Assembly (NCBI GenBank): GCA_964016885.1
Contig: CAXHJY010000091.1
Span: forward strand, 1-28,224
Reading direction: 5' to 3'
Length of the DNA: 28,224 nucleotides
From: Eledone cirrhosa
Lineage: Eukaryota
The translations under genes were made by a program, and so were the position numbers. A model generated the notes under the pieces. The model made no database searches, was not told the origin of the DNA, and was given only the letters and a program-made list of their open reading frames with translations. Shown here in pieces: positions 1 to 10,374 of the stretch. Position 1 is the first letter of the stretch. The number at the start of each line of letters is the position of its first letter.

Positions 1-425
1 TAAGGAGTGGATGTTTTATTCTAAACTAACTGGTGAAAGTAAGGGACATGCTTCAAAAGTGATAGATCTCTTCAGCGAAACATTCTCTTCAGTTGGAAGG
101 AGAAAGTAAAAAAAATCCAATGCCAATTGTTAGGGACTCTCAAACATAAGGGAAGAGAATTTCGAGAGTTTGTGAACTAATTTTATAGAAAATGTGAGGA
201 TGGGAGTTAATATACAGAGATGTTTCGTTCCTTTCATATACTTCATCAGTAAAGGATAGTCCTCCCATGGTTGCTTTTATCAGTGGACATAAAGTAAGGG
301 CGCTAAGTGCAGGAGAGTTGGCTGCTATTTCTAGCAGATCGTGCCTCTTTGTGTGGATAACAGATAGCCTGTCGGTAATTTCATGGATTCGATACCTGGA
401 CTGGCCGGCTAGTTGTGCTCTAGAG

Positions 426-594
426 CAGGCATGTCAAACGTGCGGCCAGCATAAAAGTATTTTTTTTTACAGCGGACCATGTTTTATCTTCGTAATATCA
501 AATAAAAGAATGTGTTGTAATGTCCGCAGTTAGTTGTGTGTGGTCCTCAGACAACACATATGAGACCCACGTGGCCCTCAGTTTGACATGCCTG
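426..594. mobile_element. Non-autonomous hAT (Charlie-like) MITE, 169 bp
   Basis: Perfect 14-bp TIRs CAGGCATGTCAAAC (426-439) and GTTTGACATGCCTG (581-594). Identical 8-bp TSD CTCTAGAG at 418-425 and 595-602. CAG termini and an 8-bp NTCTAGAN TSD are established hAT/Charlie hallmarks. Confidence 0.9.
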
Positions 595-1154
595 CTCTAG
601 AGCAAAAATACTGTATTTCACGTTGCTTTCATTGCCAGGCTTGCTGCCGGCATATTGTACTAGCAATGGAAACACCAATGGAAACAAGGTTTCCTTGGTC
701 GGATCTGGCGATCCCCCCCCCCCTCCTATTTTGTATGTGCGTGCGTGTGTGTGTGTGTGTGTGGCAGAGACATGTTCTTTGGTTAGTATAGAACGGACTA
801 ATGAAACCGTAATGTATCTAAATTTCGGAAGTTCAATAAGGACGAGTAAGCAGAACCATATATAAACACACGCACGTGCAAACCAAGATAAATGAAACCG
901 GAAGTTGTTGCTGTTGTTCAGATTAGATCCGTTCAAGGAATAATAAATAGAAAAAAATAGCATATATAAATAAAAAATAAAAGATATGTATGTACTAAGA
1001 TATGAAGCGTGCAACTAAATATCTAATGTTTCACTTTTCTTATTCTACATACACTACATCACTATTTCTCTCAAACACGCTTCTAAATAACCCTCATGCT
1101 GACAACACATACACAAATTATATATATAGTCACACGCAAATATATACATATATA

Positions 1155-1323
<169 letters not shown>

Positions 1324-1463
1324 GAAAAGATTCAGGACCCCGACGGTTGAGCTCCGGCCGTTTCGACAGCTAGATCCGAACATATTACTCACTCTACTAC
1401 TCCAAGTATCGAGTACTCTGGTGCTTTCGGGTCCATCTGGTATCTTATCACACCCTCTCTGTT
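1324..1463 (-). mobile_element. ~140-bp interspersed element embedded in (TA)n, copy 1 (segments A+B); possibly Penelope-like-derived
   Basis: Its reverse complement aligns by eye to 11079-11158 (ACCAGATGGACC..GCACCAGAGTACTC.ATACTT..GTAGTAGAGTG.GTAATA) and to 11225-11272 (TAGCYGTCGAAAC..GAG.TC..CCGTCGGGGTC). Both sides are flanked by (TA)n. The class assignment is inference. Confidence 0.7.
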
Positions 1464-1585
1464 ATATATATATATAAATATATACACACACATACATACA
1501 CACATACATACATAGGCACAAAACACCTCAGTGTGCGTATAAATTCTACACCACTGTTTTTGTATTACTCTGGCTTCAGAGACAG

Positions 1586-1603
1586 CCTAACCCTAACCCT
1601 AAC
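1586..1603. repeat. Three interstitial (CCCTAA) telomere-type units
   Basis: Sequence CCTAACCCTAACCCTAAC. Confidence 0.7.
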
Positions 1604-2026
1604 GACACACAGAAAAAACCCATAACATTCCGTCACACCTCACTTCACTGTACACCTGATAAAATGATAGAAATCGCCAGCAACAAGTGACCGTCAGAAA
1701 TGATAGCAGTCAGGTGTGGAAAGCGGCATAAAAGATAGGAGGGAGGCAATAACAATGTGGGAGAAAGAGAGAGAGAGAGATGTGGGGGCATAGAAAGAAG
1801 GAGGTGGTGATGTTGGTGAGGACGAAATATATAAAAGGTCTAAAAGTACACGGGGGAGGTCAAGCGAAATGCTTTTCTTTTGCCCCCCTCCCTCTCCCAA
1901 AGGAGATAAGTGAGGTCAGTCTTAGGGTATTAGAATCACCAAACCAGTCTAAAGTTTGTATTTTGCTGGTTGAATGGACACACATTATGTTTGATGTATT
2001 TACATACGCACGTGCATATATGTATG

Positions 2027-2071
<45 letters not shown>

Positions 2072-2074
2072 GTA

Positions 2075-2133
2075 TATATGTGAGTGCGTATGTAGTGTTT
2101 ATATATAATTGTATATACATACATACATGCATA

Positions 2134-2174
<41 letters not shown>

Positions 2175-2231
2175 TGTGAGTGCGTATGTAGTGTCTATAT
2201 ATAATTGTATATACATACATGCATAGTGTGC
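2075..2231. repeat. Two-copy local duplication, period 96 bp
   Basis: TGAGTGCGTATGTAGTGT.TATATATAATTGTATATACATACAT..GCATAGTGTGC starts at 2081 and again at 2177, separated by (TA)n. Confidence 0.9.
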
Positions 2232-2511
2232 GTGTGTGTGTATATATATATACACACACATATATATACATATATATATATATACACACACATATATATA
2301 CACACATGCACGCACAATAGTCATATATATATATACACGGGAAATATATATATTTCTTTAATCAGAGAGGGTAGGCCTGAGGCTACGACCCATTTCACGG
2401 CCTCCTAGATTGGCGTAAGAGAGAGGGAACGTTAAACTGAGGCCTGACCTGAATGCTTACAAAAGAGTGGACAACTAAAGGCATCCAAATCCATGTGAGT
2501 AACGGATTAAG

Positions 2512-2520
2512 TCTCTCTCT

Positions 2521-2582
<62 letters not shown>

Positions 2583-2600
2583 GAGAGAGACAGAGACAGA
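2512..2600. repeat. (CT)n/(GA)n/(GACA) microsatellite
   Basis: Directly visible. Confidence 0.9.
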
Positions 2601-2708
2601 CGTTTCGCATATATATATATATATATATATATATACGAAACGTAAACAAAGTAAACAATAGAGTAAAGATAAATATATCAGTTTAATGCTTGATATAGTA
2701 CAAAAAGA

Positions 2709-2747
2709 ATCGTAACGTTTCGGATGCAAGTCCTTCGTCAGAAGACA
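2709..2747 (-). ncRNA. Minimal hammerhead-ribozyme-like motif of the Penelope-like element type
   Basis: Minus strand reads gtctt-CTGACGA-a-GGA-cttgca-TCC-GAAAC-GTT-acgat. Both core boxes are present, with a 3-bp stem II and a palindromic AACGTT stem III. Stem I is imperfect. Confidence 0.55.
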
Positions 2748-2842
2748 GAAATATAGTGGAAAGTGAGAAAGGGAAAAAAAACGGAAAAAAAAATTTAGGA
2801 GAAACAGCACGAGTGTGTTCAGTCACATTTTCCCCCACACTG

Positions 2843-3055
2843 TTGGCAGTATCGGTAGAGGGTCGGACGCATATCTTTGCAGCATAGAGTTACGGCCCTT
2901 TATGATCTAGGTTCAAATCCCGCCGAGGTTAAATTTGCCTTTCATCCTTACGGGGGTCGATAAAATAAAGTACCAGTCACGCACTGGGGTCGATATAATC
3001 GACTTTCCACTCTCCCTAAATTGCTGGCCTTGAGCCTATATAAGAAACCACTATT
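2843..3055 (+). mobile_element. tRNA-headed SINE family 1, long variant
   Basis: A-box-like TGGCAGTATCGG, B-box GGTTCAAATCCC, central GCCTTTCATCCTTACGGGGGTCGATAAAATAAAGTACCAGT, and 3' AATTGCTGGCCTTG..AGAAAC. Homologous to many other copies in the window. Confidence 0.88.
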
Positions 3056-3345
3056 TCGATGTATCGATATAAAATCACAGATCGCTCAGTACTCTTAGTA
3101 GGAGCAATATAATCTAGTGTACATGCAAACCTATTCGTATAAAATGGAAGTACGAATATTAATAAAAGAGATGTTGATTGGATACCACTGCTGGGATATT
3201 CAGCATGTCCATATAAAGTGGAAATCAAATTATCCACCGGCCACCATACAAAAATACAAACAAAACAAAGCGTATCGTTCGTTCTTTGAACGATATTACT
3301 CGTGGCCAAGTGATTCTGGTGTTTGGATCACCTAACATATGCTAC

Positions 3346-3490
3346 AAAGCATTTTGTACGGCGTTCTAATGATTCAACCAATTTACCCCTGCTTCGATGA
3401 TAGACCTGTTTGATCAGGTCACATTTGGAAATAAGGCGGCAAATCAGCAGAGTCGTTAGAACGTCGGATAGAATGCGGTATTCGTTTCAG
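3346..3490. mobile_element. Two degenerate family-1 SINE head fragments (minus ~3346-3388; plus ~3434-3490)
   Basis: Plus strand GGCGGCAAATCAGCAGAGTCGTTAGAACGTCGGATAGAATGC and minus strand TTGGTTGAATCATTAGAACGCCGTACAAAATGCTTT both resemble the family head. Confidence 0.5.
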
Positions 3491-4275
3491 ATATAAAGAG
3501 GAGATGGGCTCTACCAAGTATTAAAAAAACTTGCAGAAAAACGGGTGTAAATATGATACATCAAATAAAATCGTAATTGACAATATACACAGAAATTGAA
3601 CAAAGCTTATGTTACACTGTCTTCTGTAATCAGTAATCCATGATATATTTTTAAAAAAACAACAGCATTATATATAAACTGCATTAGGAGAAAATTAACG
3701 ACGGAACTATATGCGATTATAAGTGTTATAATATAACGTTCGCTAACCGGAAGTGTTGACATTTGATAATTTTAAAGAATTGATTTTAAAGATCTTTAAA
3801 TAAGCTATAACATATATTTAATCAACAACCACGAAATTTAGCACATAAATTATGTAATATTCATTCATTATTTATTCAAAGTAATCCAACTTATTTTACA
3901 TACGGGGTAAAAAAAATATATTCTGGACGCAATCCCGCAGACCTTCCTTTATTCTAGTTAAGATGCCCCAGAAACGCCGTATGTTAACCCCCTACGACTC
4001 CCTCGTGAATTACGGGACTGTGCGTGCTTATCTGGGACTAAGCAGTAACATCATGGTAGAGCCATAGAAAATTACATATGCACATTTACTTTATTATAAA
4101 TGTGTAATAGTTCTTTCATATTGTAAAATATCAATACAATTTAATTTTTTTAACCTCAATCCACGATCGCTTCTTGACACTGGGAATATTGAAGGCGGAT
4201 CAAATTGAAAGTATTTCTTTGGAATTTTGTTCCTAGCTTTACCGATTCTGCCCTTTAAATTTTCCTCCTAATAAT

Positions 4276-4460
4276 TGTTTCTATTTTAGGCACAAGGCCA
4301 GCAATTACCCAGTGCATTACTGGTACTTTATTTTATCGACCCCGTAAGGATGAAAGGTAAAGTTAACCTCGGCGGGATTTGAACTCAGATCGTAAAGGGA
4401 TGTAACTATGCTGGAAAGCATGGCGTCCGACCCACTACCGATACTGCCAATCCACCGCCC
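4276..4460 (-). mobile_element. Full-length family-1 SINE, short variant, with 16-bp TSD
   Basis: Head GGCGGTGGATTGGCAGTATCGG, B-box GAGTTCAAATCCC, core and tail are intact. Direct repeat TTTTCCTCCTAATAAT at 4260-4275 and 4461-4476. Confidence 0.92.
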
Positions 4461-4476
4461 TTTTCCTCCTAATAAT

Positions 4477-5046
4477 GGTTTCTAATTTAGGCAAAAGGCC
4501 AGCAATTTGGGGTGAGAAGAAGTCGATTAAATTGACCGTGGAAGAATGAATGACAACGTTGGCACCGGTTTAATTAGACCGGAGAGTACAAAGAACCGAA
4601 AATATACCTATAATATACCATGTTCGACGCTCTTCAGTAGCCTCCTAATAATTATCATTTCTTCAGGATGCACAAGGTCAGAAATGTGAGAGGGAATACT
4701 CTAATATATAGATCACTGTACGTGCCGTGCCCGTTATTTATTAAATCGAAACAATGTTGATAACAGTGTAAAATGTCGGAGTGCTGTAAGATATTTTGTC
4801 CAACGCTCAAACGGTTTGACCCAACTCCTTGCCTCCTGGTGATACCAATAGTGAGATAATTTAGACATAAAACAACACATTTTAAGGGAGTGTACAGCAG
4901 ACTATCGTGGCTCCATGACTTGGCTGGCATTTATTACATCAACCAATAAAGTTGACCTCTGCAGGATTTGAAATCAGTATTTAACGGAAACGTAACAAAA
5001 TATGACCACGTATTTAATCCTACGTTCTGCCGAAACTACACTACTG
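4477..5046 (-). mobile_element. Three further, decayed family-1 SINE copies in head-to-tail tandem (~4477-4640, ~4653-4831, ~4845-5045)
   Basis: On the + strand each begins with a tail-like block (GGCAAAAGGCCAGCAATTT; GCACAAGGTCAGAAAT; AGACATAAAACAACACATTTT) and ends with a head-like block. They are separated by CCTCCTAATAAT-like spacers. Confidence 0.62.
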
Positions 5047-5477
5047 CTCCTAATAATATAGAAACCTAGTTTATTCCCAACTGCTACAATAAATATCCAC
5101 ACACACACATACTTATAGTATATATAATACTATATGAAAAACAAAGGTTAATTTACACTTTAAATCACGGCAAGCAAGCAAGCGCATACACACAGAAGCT
5201 ATAACAAATATATCAACTATTTGTAGATAGACTATAAATAAAATAAAAACACACGAAACGAAATAAATACAAGCGAAATATATATATATTGGGTAAAAAG
5301 TAGACGAAGTCACGTTTTTCCATGTCATGTGCGACCTTCGGCGTGTCGATCGGTCGGTGGTTCTAAATATCGCATATATATATCATGTCGTCCACCATCG
5401 CAATTATAGCCGTTTCAAGTGACTGAAATAGCTAATAGAAATCGTATACACACACACTATGTATGGATGTGCGTAGA

Positions 5478-5516
<39 letters not shown>

Positions 5517-6118
5517 TCAACGTCTGAATGGTGGTGATAGTTGAAAAAAAAAATGTATATATATCCACTACTTGTCACCCTTACACAAAGCGAGTGGATT
5601 TCCAAAATTCAGCACACACCCATTTTTTCTTTAGTCACAAAATTCCAATATACATGCGTGTCTATATGTGTATGTATAAGTATATATATAAATCCACACG
5701 TTATTCTAAATACATAGATAAATATACACGTATATACATATATACGTACATGTGTGTGCGTGCATACAAGAGTCTATAAATAATTATTAGCACTGGTTTG
5801 GGATAGGGAAGCTAGTATAATCGGTAATACAATTTGCCCAGCAAGCAATAGAACTTTGTTCGGGTCCTGTTAGAATTCATCATCTTTTTCTGTAATAAAT
5901 TAGTGCCTATAATAGCATACCATTTATAATGCACACATTAAGGTAAATTGAATGAATACTCCGTCAGTTTCGACGGTGAGTATTCCAGTTGTTCGATTAC
6001 ATGATTTGCCTACATACTGAACTAAATTACAAGTGGGCGGGCATGTATTTCAAAGTCCCTAATATCGGTAATGTAATCAACGTGATAAAGATTGACAGTG
6101 CTGGCTTTTTGACAGGCG

Positions 6119-6265
6119 GACTTCCAATAGTTTCTGTCTGCTTAATTTTACTCACAAGGCTAAAGACTATATCTACACATGGCCTGAGACAATTGTGCAT
6201 GGTGATATACAGTGGAATCTAATCCACCCTGTCTGCATGAACTGCATAATCCCACAACCATCCAC
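6119..6265 (-). mobile_element. Highly decayed CORE-type SINE fragment
   Basis: TTCCAATAGTTTCTGTCTG..ACTCACAAGGCT..GACAATTGTGCATGGTG..CAGTGGAATCTAATCC resembles, from memory, a cephalopod CORE SINE in reverse; unverified. Confidence 0.35.
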
Positions 6266-6624
6266 ATAATTTACATGTATCTCCTAGCATGGACAGGATT
6301 CAATAACTGGAATCAAGTAAAATTGATTACTAACAAGGCGATAAATCCTTTTTGGAGGATTGTATCAGTTGATGAAATCGTCTTTAATTCATGTTTGGTA
6401 CTTTATTTTATAGTACCAGCAGGCTATTCAAATATAGAATACCATAATGTGTGCGTGTCCGTAAAAAAAAAAAAAAGGAACGCTATAGAAAATACGTGCA
6501 TATTCGCGCATGTTGATTAAACTTCAAGTTAAACAGTTGAACAGACAGTGTTAAAAGAAAGCAGAAAAGCAAAGTTGATCTCTCTTAGATATGAACTCAA
6601 AAAGTAGTGTTGTATGTAAATAAT

Positions 6625-6957
6625 CGTTTCTACTTTTGGCACAAGGCCAGCAATTATCACAGTGTATTACTTTATTTTATCGACCCCGTAAGGATGAAAG
6701 GCAAAGTTAACCACGGCGGGATTTGAACTCAGATCATAAAGGGCCGTAACTCTTTGCTGCAAAGCATGGCGTCAGACCCTCCACCGATACTGCTAATCCA
6801 TGGGGGAGAGGAAAGTCAATTTAATCGACCCCAGTTAGTTACTGACCGTAAGGATGAAAGGCAAAGCTAACCTCGGCGGGATTTGAACTCAGAACGTAAA
6901 GGGCCGTAACTATGCAGTGAAGCATGGTGTCTACTGATTCTGCCAATTCACCGCCCT
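6625..6957 (-). mobile_element. Dimeric family-1 SINE inside one 17-bp TSD
   Basis: Two heads and B-boxes (GATTTGAACTCAG at ~6720 and ~6880) but one tail. TGTTGTATGTAAATAAT is repeated at 6608-6624 and 6959-6975. Confidence 0.88.
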
Positions 6958-8059
6958 ATGTTGTATGTAAATAATGCAAAGCATTTTCTCCGATGTTATA
7001 ACGATGCTCCCAAGCAACCAACGTCCTATAAGCTACTATTATAATTTGCTGACAATATGAAATACGTATCCTTCACAATAAATATTTCTTAAGCTCAAAT
7101 TGTATACGCCGACACCCAATTGACTTAGATTAGCTTACTGCTTCAATAGCTAGATGGTTTATCAGAATGAAAGGTAAGTGAGAATTAGTTTCGGCAACCC
7201 GACAACTTAACCTAGCTGATTTAGTTGGTGATACGAGTGAATCTATAATCAAAAGCGTTCTAACTAGTTTTATCCAATTTTTTATATAAATGATTATATT
7301 GTCAAATGTATTACTTATCTAAGACATTAGATAAGTAATACATTTGATTTCACTTTGACATCGTAGTCATACTTTGCTTGTCTCTTTGGATGTCATGAAG
7401 TTCAAATTACGACCAACGGTGTTAAGTGAACTGGCTTCGATTGGAGATCAAAGATCAGTTGTAAACTATTTTATAAAATAATTTGTTGTTGAGCTACACG
7501 TCAGTTCTGATATAGTAGACTTGTTATGCAGTTTCTATCACCTAATTAGCTCACGGAACAATAATATACTTAAGTGTTTGGTGTTGCATTTTACAGGTAA
7601 GTTTAATCCCTCACAGGAATCTATATATATTATGTTTCATGAAAAACAAGCAAGAGGCATTCCAAATATGAGGATACTTAATACGAGAATATCCTTGACA
7701 TGGACAAGTTATCTGATGTTAACTGATAACAGGATGCTGTACAAAATACCGAGGTTTCCAGATACAACAGGCACATGACGTTTTTGAGTGTACAACACAC
7801 AGAACGCTGTGGCATCTAACAATTAAGATGAGGACAATCGACCAAACATGTCAATGTATAAAATTAGATATGTATGTAAGTACCTGTAACTCCAGTTGGA
7901 GTCCTACGGGGAGAGGGGGGGGGGGGGGCGGGGGATATTGACATAACGGCATTTTTAGAGCAATTCTTTTTTAAACCGGCGGAGTTCATCTACTCTCCAG
8001 GTCTGAACACAATAGATTTCTCCCAGAGAATGATAAGAGAGTGAGAGAACGGAAGTGAG

Positions 8060-8221
8060 AATCGACTCAAGTATTAAATTGGTACTTTTCTTTATCGACC
8101 TTGAAAGGATGTAAGACAAAAGTTGACCTCGGCGAGATTTGAACTCGCAGAGCAGAGAAACGTAATGAATAAAACAAAACATTTTATCCGACGTTCTAAC
8201 TACTTTGCCAACTCGCCACCT
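8060..8221 (-). mobile_element. Decayed family-1 SINE
   Basis: GGTACTTTTCTTTATCGACCTTGAAAGGATG..GTTGACCTCGGCGAGATTTGAACTC..CCGACGTTCTAAC..GCCAACTCGCCACCT matches the family core and head. Confidence 0.8.
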
Positions 8222-8469
8222 CCATAAAAATGGATAACACGATGTAAAAACATGAGACGGTATGGTCACTGTATTGGATCATCGTTCTACTACGTAGTTT
8301 CAAGTCTACCCTGGGTTTAAAGAACAAGTGCATCAGCAATTTTCTTAAATTTGTTTACTTGGCAATACGTCTCATACGAAGACACCAATACGTTGTACCC
8401 ACTTTTACGCCTGTCTATATTATCTAACATAGTACACGTAGTGTGAAAATATGTAACACACACACATAC

Positions 8470-8470
8470 A

Positions 8471-8502
<32 letters not shown>

Positions 8503-9363
8503 GTATATATATGAATATATATGTATATATATATGTATATATATATATGAATATATATGAATATATATGTATATGTATATATATGTATATATATATATTT
8601 GTATATATGTATTTGTATATATATATATATATTTGTATATATATATATATATATATATTTGTATATATATATATATATATATATTTGTATATATATATGT
8701 TTGTATATATATATATATATGTTTGTATATATATATATATATGTTTGTATATATATATATATATATGTTTGTATATATATATATATATATGTTTGTGTAT
8801 ATATATATATATATGTTTGTGTATATATATATATATATGTTTGTGTATATATATATGTTTGTGTATATATATATGTTTGTATATATATATATGTTTGTAT
8901 ATATATATATATGTTTGTATATATATATATATATGTTTGTATATATATATATATGTTTGTATATATATATATATGTTTGTATATATATATATATGTTTGT
9001 ATATATATATATATATGTTTGTATATATATATATATATATATGTTTGTATATATATATATATATGTTTGTATATATATATATATATATGTTTGTATATAT
9101 ATATATATATATGTTTGTATATATATATATATGTTTGTATATATATATATATATATATGTTTGTATATATATATATATATGTTTGTATATATATATATAT
9201 ATGTTTGTATATATATATATATATATGTTTGTATATATATATATATATGTTTGTATATATATATATATATGTTTGTATATATATATATATATGTTTGTAT
9301 ATATATATATATATGTTTGTATATATATATATATATGTTTGTATATATATATATATATATGTT

Positions 9364-9405
<42 letters not shown>
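8470..9405. repeat. Minisatellite of unit GTTTG(TA)nT, ~31 units of 18-26 bp, inside (TA)n
   Basis: GTTTG recurs from ~8699 to 9361 and is preceded by ATTTG-type units at 8597-8687. Confidence 0.95.
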
Positions 9406-9407
<2 letters not shown>

Positions 9408-9658
9408 GTCCCTGAGTGTATATGTGCGTATCATTCAGTATGTAATGTGTGCGAACCATGTTTATTTATGCATTTATTATGAGAGATTTGATTATTTTTA
9501 ATACAGCCTAGACAAGTTTTGTGCACTCGAAATATGTGAGCAAATGGAAATTATGTGTGTGTATATATATATATGTGTGTGTATGTGTGTGTGTGTGTTA
9601 ATATATATACACATGTACGAAAGTGTGTGCGAGAGAAAGACAATGAGAGAGAGAGCGA

Positions 9659-9706
9659 GAGAGAGGGAGTGAGAGAGGGAGTGAGAGAGGGAGTGAGAGT
9701 GGGAGT
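9659..9706. repeat. 12-bp purine-rich tandem repeat (GAGAGAGGGAGT) x4
   Basis: Directly visible; the last unit is diverged. Confidence 0.85.
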
Positions 9707-9869
9707 GAAAGAGAAAGAAGCAGGCGTTGAGATGTGCGTATGTGGGTGTGAGAAGTCGGAAAAATTATATTTTTATAAGAACTATGATACATGACGTATT
9801 AGATTTAAAACATGTGTGTTGTATATGTGAACAAATATTGTGTATAAGTGCCTGCGGGTGTGTGTGTAC

Positions 9870-9948
<79 letters not shown>

Positions 9949-10131
9949 GCTTCAAGTTATGTTTCTAGGGTAGACAATTCGAAAGTTATTCTGTCCACGT
10001 CTTAAAAGATAAGTAAAGAGGTGGGGGTAATTACGGATGCACATGTATACTCGAATATATGCTAATACAGCTCTACACACCTACGTATGTGTGGATGTAT
10101 ACCTGCAAACATTTTACACACATACACATGC

Positions 10132-10164
<33 letters not shown>

Positions 10165-10202
10165 TATATATATACACACACACACACACACATATATGTA
10201 TA

Positions 10203-10264
<62 letters not shown>

Positions 10265-10286
10265 TATATAGACATATACATATATA

Positions 10287-10374
10287 GACATATACGTATA
10301 GATATATAGACATATACGTATAGATATATAGACATATACGTATAGATATATAGACATATACGTATAGATATATA
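10287..10374. repeat. 22-bp minisatellite GACATATACGTATAGATATATA x4
   Basis: Units start at 10287, 10309, 10331 and 10353, following a (TA)n tract. Confidence 0.9.

Noticed and set aside
2368-2510. GC-richer island between (TA)n and (GA)n tracts
   Set aside because: It is probably a repeat fragment, but there is no second copy, terminus or motif in this window to classify it.
4260-5057. CRISPR-like repeat/spacer appearance
   Set aside because: The repeats are only 12-16 bp, the 'spacers' are ~170-200-bp homologous SINEs, the context is eukaryotic, and there are no cas genes.
5407-5434. Small hairpin TAGCCGTTTCA-agtgac-TGAAATAGCTA resembling the centre of the 11157-11274 palindrome
   Set aside because: The 11-bp stem has 2 mismatches and the flanks show no homology; too short to support.
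7143-7180. Possible micro-exon TTCAATAG|...ATGAAAG|GTAAGT (another AG|GTAAGT at ~7595)
   Set aside because: Isolated splice-like motifs with a weak polypyrimidine tract are expected by chance; RNA-seq would be needed.
7907-7934. G-run with G-quadruplex potential (also 14932-14947 and (GGT)n 15127-15148)
   Set aside because: These are simple homopolymer or triplet tracts with no context suggesting function.
8317-9501. 279-380 aa ORFs
   Set aside because: They translate the GTTTG(TA)n minisatellite in five frames.
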